The position numbers and the translations under genes were made by a program. This document shows positions 62,361 through 64,000 of a stretch of 64,000 bases of DNA, piece by piece. Each line of letters starts with the position of its first letter. Within the stretch, counting starts at the first letter, position 1. The stretch comes from Lentisphaeraceae bacterium. Its GTDB lineage: Bacteria; Verrucomicrobiota; Kiritimatiellia; RFP12; DVOR01. The stretch lies in contig SFJE01000012.1 in NCBI GenBank assembly GCA_004555175.1, positions 2,961 to 66,960 on the forward strand. The letters are read 5' to 3'. The notes beneath the pieces were generated by a model. It worked only from the letters and a program-made list of their open reading frames with translations, was not told where the DNA came from and ran no database searches.

Positions 62361-64000
62361 TTAGAAGAGCTGCATTTGGCAGGCGGGATCTTCGCCAGAG
62401 CTGGCACGGCGGCGCTTGGGGATCTCGAGGCGGACGGTTTTCTGGCTCTCGAGGCTGGAGAGGATGTCGTTGGCGCGGGCGATGACGGAGGTGGGCATGC
62501 CGGCGAGGCGGGCAACGTGGATGCCGTAGCTCTTGTCGGCCGAACCGGGGACGATTCGGCGGAGGAAGACGATGGTTTCGCCTTGGTCGCGTACTTGGAC
62601 GGTGTAGTTCTTGACGCCGGGGAGGACGGCGGCGAGTTCGGTGAGCTCGTGGTAGTGGGTGGCGAAGAGGGTGCGGGCTTTGCGCTCGAGCTGGTTGTGG
62701 AGGTATTCCACCACGCTCCAAGCGATGGAGATGCCGTCGAAGGTGGAGGTGCCGCGGCCAATCTCGTCGAGGACGATGAGGGAGCGGCGGGTGGCGTTGT
62801 TGAGGATGTTGGCGGTCTCTTGCATCTCGACCATAAAGGTGGAACGGCCGCGGGCGAGGTCGTCGCCGGCACCGACGCGGGTAAAGACGCGGTCGATGAG
62901 CCCTACGTGCATTGCTTCGGCCGGGACGTAGGAGCCGAGGTGGGCCATAATGGCGAGGATGGCCACTTGGCGGATGTAGGTGGATTTACCGGCCATATTC
63001 GGCCCGGTGATGAGGATGATCTGCTGGGAGGAGCCGTTGACCTGGGTGTCGTTGGGGACGAAGCGTTCGGCGCCAGGCTGGAGTTCAACGATGGGGTGGC
63101 GGCCTTCGCGGATGAAGAGCTCGGTGGAGTCGTCGACCACCGGGCAGGTGTAGGCGAGGGCGAGGGCGCGGTCGGCAAAGCCTTGGAGGACATCGAGCCG
63201 AGCGACGGCGGTGGCAGTGGCCTGGATTTCGGCTAGGTAGGCACAGGCCTTTTGGCGGAGGTCCTGGAAGAGTTCGTATTCCAGGGCGTTGCCCTTCTCC
63301 TGGGCGCCAAGGATGCGGCTTTCGTACTCCTTGAGCTCGGGGGTGATGAAGCGCTCGGCGTTAACAACGGTTTGGCGGCGCTCGTAGTTGGCCGGGACGT
63401 TGGCGAGCTGGCCTTTGGAGACCTCGATGTAGAAGCCGAAGACATTGTTGCGGCGGACACGGAGGTTTCGGATGCCGGTGGCTTCCTGTTGCTGGAGCTG
63501 GTAGGTGGCCACCCAGTTGTGGCCCTCCTGGGAGGCGGTTCGGAAGTCGTCGAGCGCGGCGTTGTAGCCGGAGCGGAAGAGGCCGCCTTCGCGGATGGTG
63601 AGGGGCGGATCATCGACCAGAGCGGATTGAAGCTCGCCGGTGAGCTCGGGGAGGTCGTGGAGAGCGGCAAAGATCTCCTGGAGGGCGGGCGATTGGGCCT
63701 GGGCAATGAGCGCACGCAGGGCGGGGATCTGGGCGAGGGAGTCGGCCAGGGCGCGCAGGTCACGGGCGTTCCCCGAGCCGCCGGAGAGGCGGGTCATCAC
63801 GCGTTCGAAGTCGCGCGTGTCGGCCAGGTGGGCGCGCAGGTCGGAGAGGAGACGGCGGTTGGCGATGAGTTCGCCAACGGCGGCTTGGCGCGCGTGGATA
63901 GGCTCGAGTTGGCGGAGCGGGGAACGAATCCAGGCGCGCAGGAGGCGCTTGCCCATGGGGGTCTTGGTGCCGTCGAGGACGCCGAGGAGGGTCTCGGCTT
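62361..64000 (-). CDS. mutS: DNA mismatch repair protein MutS (C-terminal part; the N-terminus lies beyond the window)
   Basis: GPNMAGKSTYIRQVA Walker A, STFMVEMQETA and DEIGRGTSTFDG motifs. The frame stays open from 63956 to the window end (..LLGVLDGTKTPMGKRLLRAW). Confidence 0.95.
   Translation of the reverse strand, partial: AETLLGVLDGTKTPMGKRLLRAWIRSPLRQLEPIHARQAAVGELIANRRLLSDLRAHLADTRDFERVMTRLSGGSGNARDLRALADSLAQIPALRALIAQAQSPALQEIFAALHDLPELTGELQSALVDDPPLTIREGGLFRSGYNAALDDFRTASQEGHNWVATYQLQQQEATGIRNLRVRRNNVFGFYIEVSKGQLANVPANYERRQTVVNAERFITPELKEYESRILGAQEKGNALEYELFQDLRQKACAYLAEIQATATAVARLDVLQGFADRALALAYTCPVVDDSTELFIREGRHPIVELQPGAERFVPNDTQVNGSSQQIILITGPNMAGKSTYIRQVAILAIMAHLGSYVPAEAMHVGLIDRVFTRVGAGDDLARGRSTFMVEMQETANILNNATRRSLIVLDEIGRGTSTFDGISIAWSVVEYLHNQLERKARTLFATHYHELTELAAVLPGVKNYTVQVRDQGETIVFLRRIVPGSADKSYGIHVARLAGMPTSVIARANDILSSLESQKTVRLEIPKRRRASSGEDPACQMQLF

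Noticed and set aside
61919-62721. ORFs 61919..62182 (+, 87 aa) and 62179..62721 (-, 180 aa) near the cas3 promoter and mutS end.
   Set aside because: The first spans the promoter, repeats and AT island and has no SD. The second is an off-frame shadow overlapping mutS with extreme Pro/Arg content.
1-64000. Mobile elements, prophage genes, or tRNA, rRNA or tmRNA genes.
   Set aside because: I recognised no transposase, integrase, phage structural motifs or cloverleaf-type sequences in the intergenic regions. The only tRNA-like string is the 32-nt spacer at 52294-52325.

Overview
GC-rich bacterial chromosomal window. I saw no rRNA or tRNA genes and no transposase or integrase. It falls into three blocks. 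(1) nt 1-24.7 kb holds a gene truncated at its 5' end by the window edge (about 1000 aa, transglutaminase-like core plus discoidin domain). It is followed 21 nt later by one uninterrupted 21.7-kb ORF encoding a 7,220-aa modular protein with a signal peptide, beta-helix units and autotransporter-type beta-strand repeats. The Pmp-like and PATR-like repeats hint at a PVC-superphylum host, but that is inference only. (2) nt 25-46.5 kb holds housekeeping genes. On the + strand: hom, aspartate kinase, prfB, a UDPGP-family pyrophosphorylase, rpmI-rplT, threonine dehydratase, an ABC pair, holB, aroQ, plsY, gpsA, kdsB, a C_GCAxxG_C_C protein and ridA. On the - strand: a dual-SWIM SNF2 helicase, gyrA and a three-gene operon of small zinc-ribbon membrane proteins (TM2, CD225/IFITM-like, DUF2752). 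(3) nt 46.7-62 kb is a complete type I-C CRISPR-Cas locus on the minus strand (cas3-cas5-cas8c-cas7-cas4-cas1-cas2-leader-array). I counted 114 repeats of 33 bp by hand. The 3' part of mutS follows. The most notable points are the TGase-like gene paired with a giant protein that has no visible anchor or translocator, the nine-module architecture of that protein, and the IFITM-like membrane operon abutting the array. The array itself is also informative: spacer pairs differ only at period-3 positions, one spacer looks like a tRNA 3' end, one repeat junction has no spacer, and the array flanks resemble each other. Further points are a predicted internal cas11c start in cas8c, a strong hairpin splitting the cas operon, and recurring intergenic 22-bp and 7-bp tandem repeats. 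All calls come from reading the sequence and the ORF track. No database search was run.
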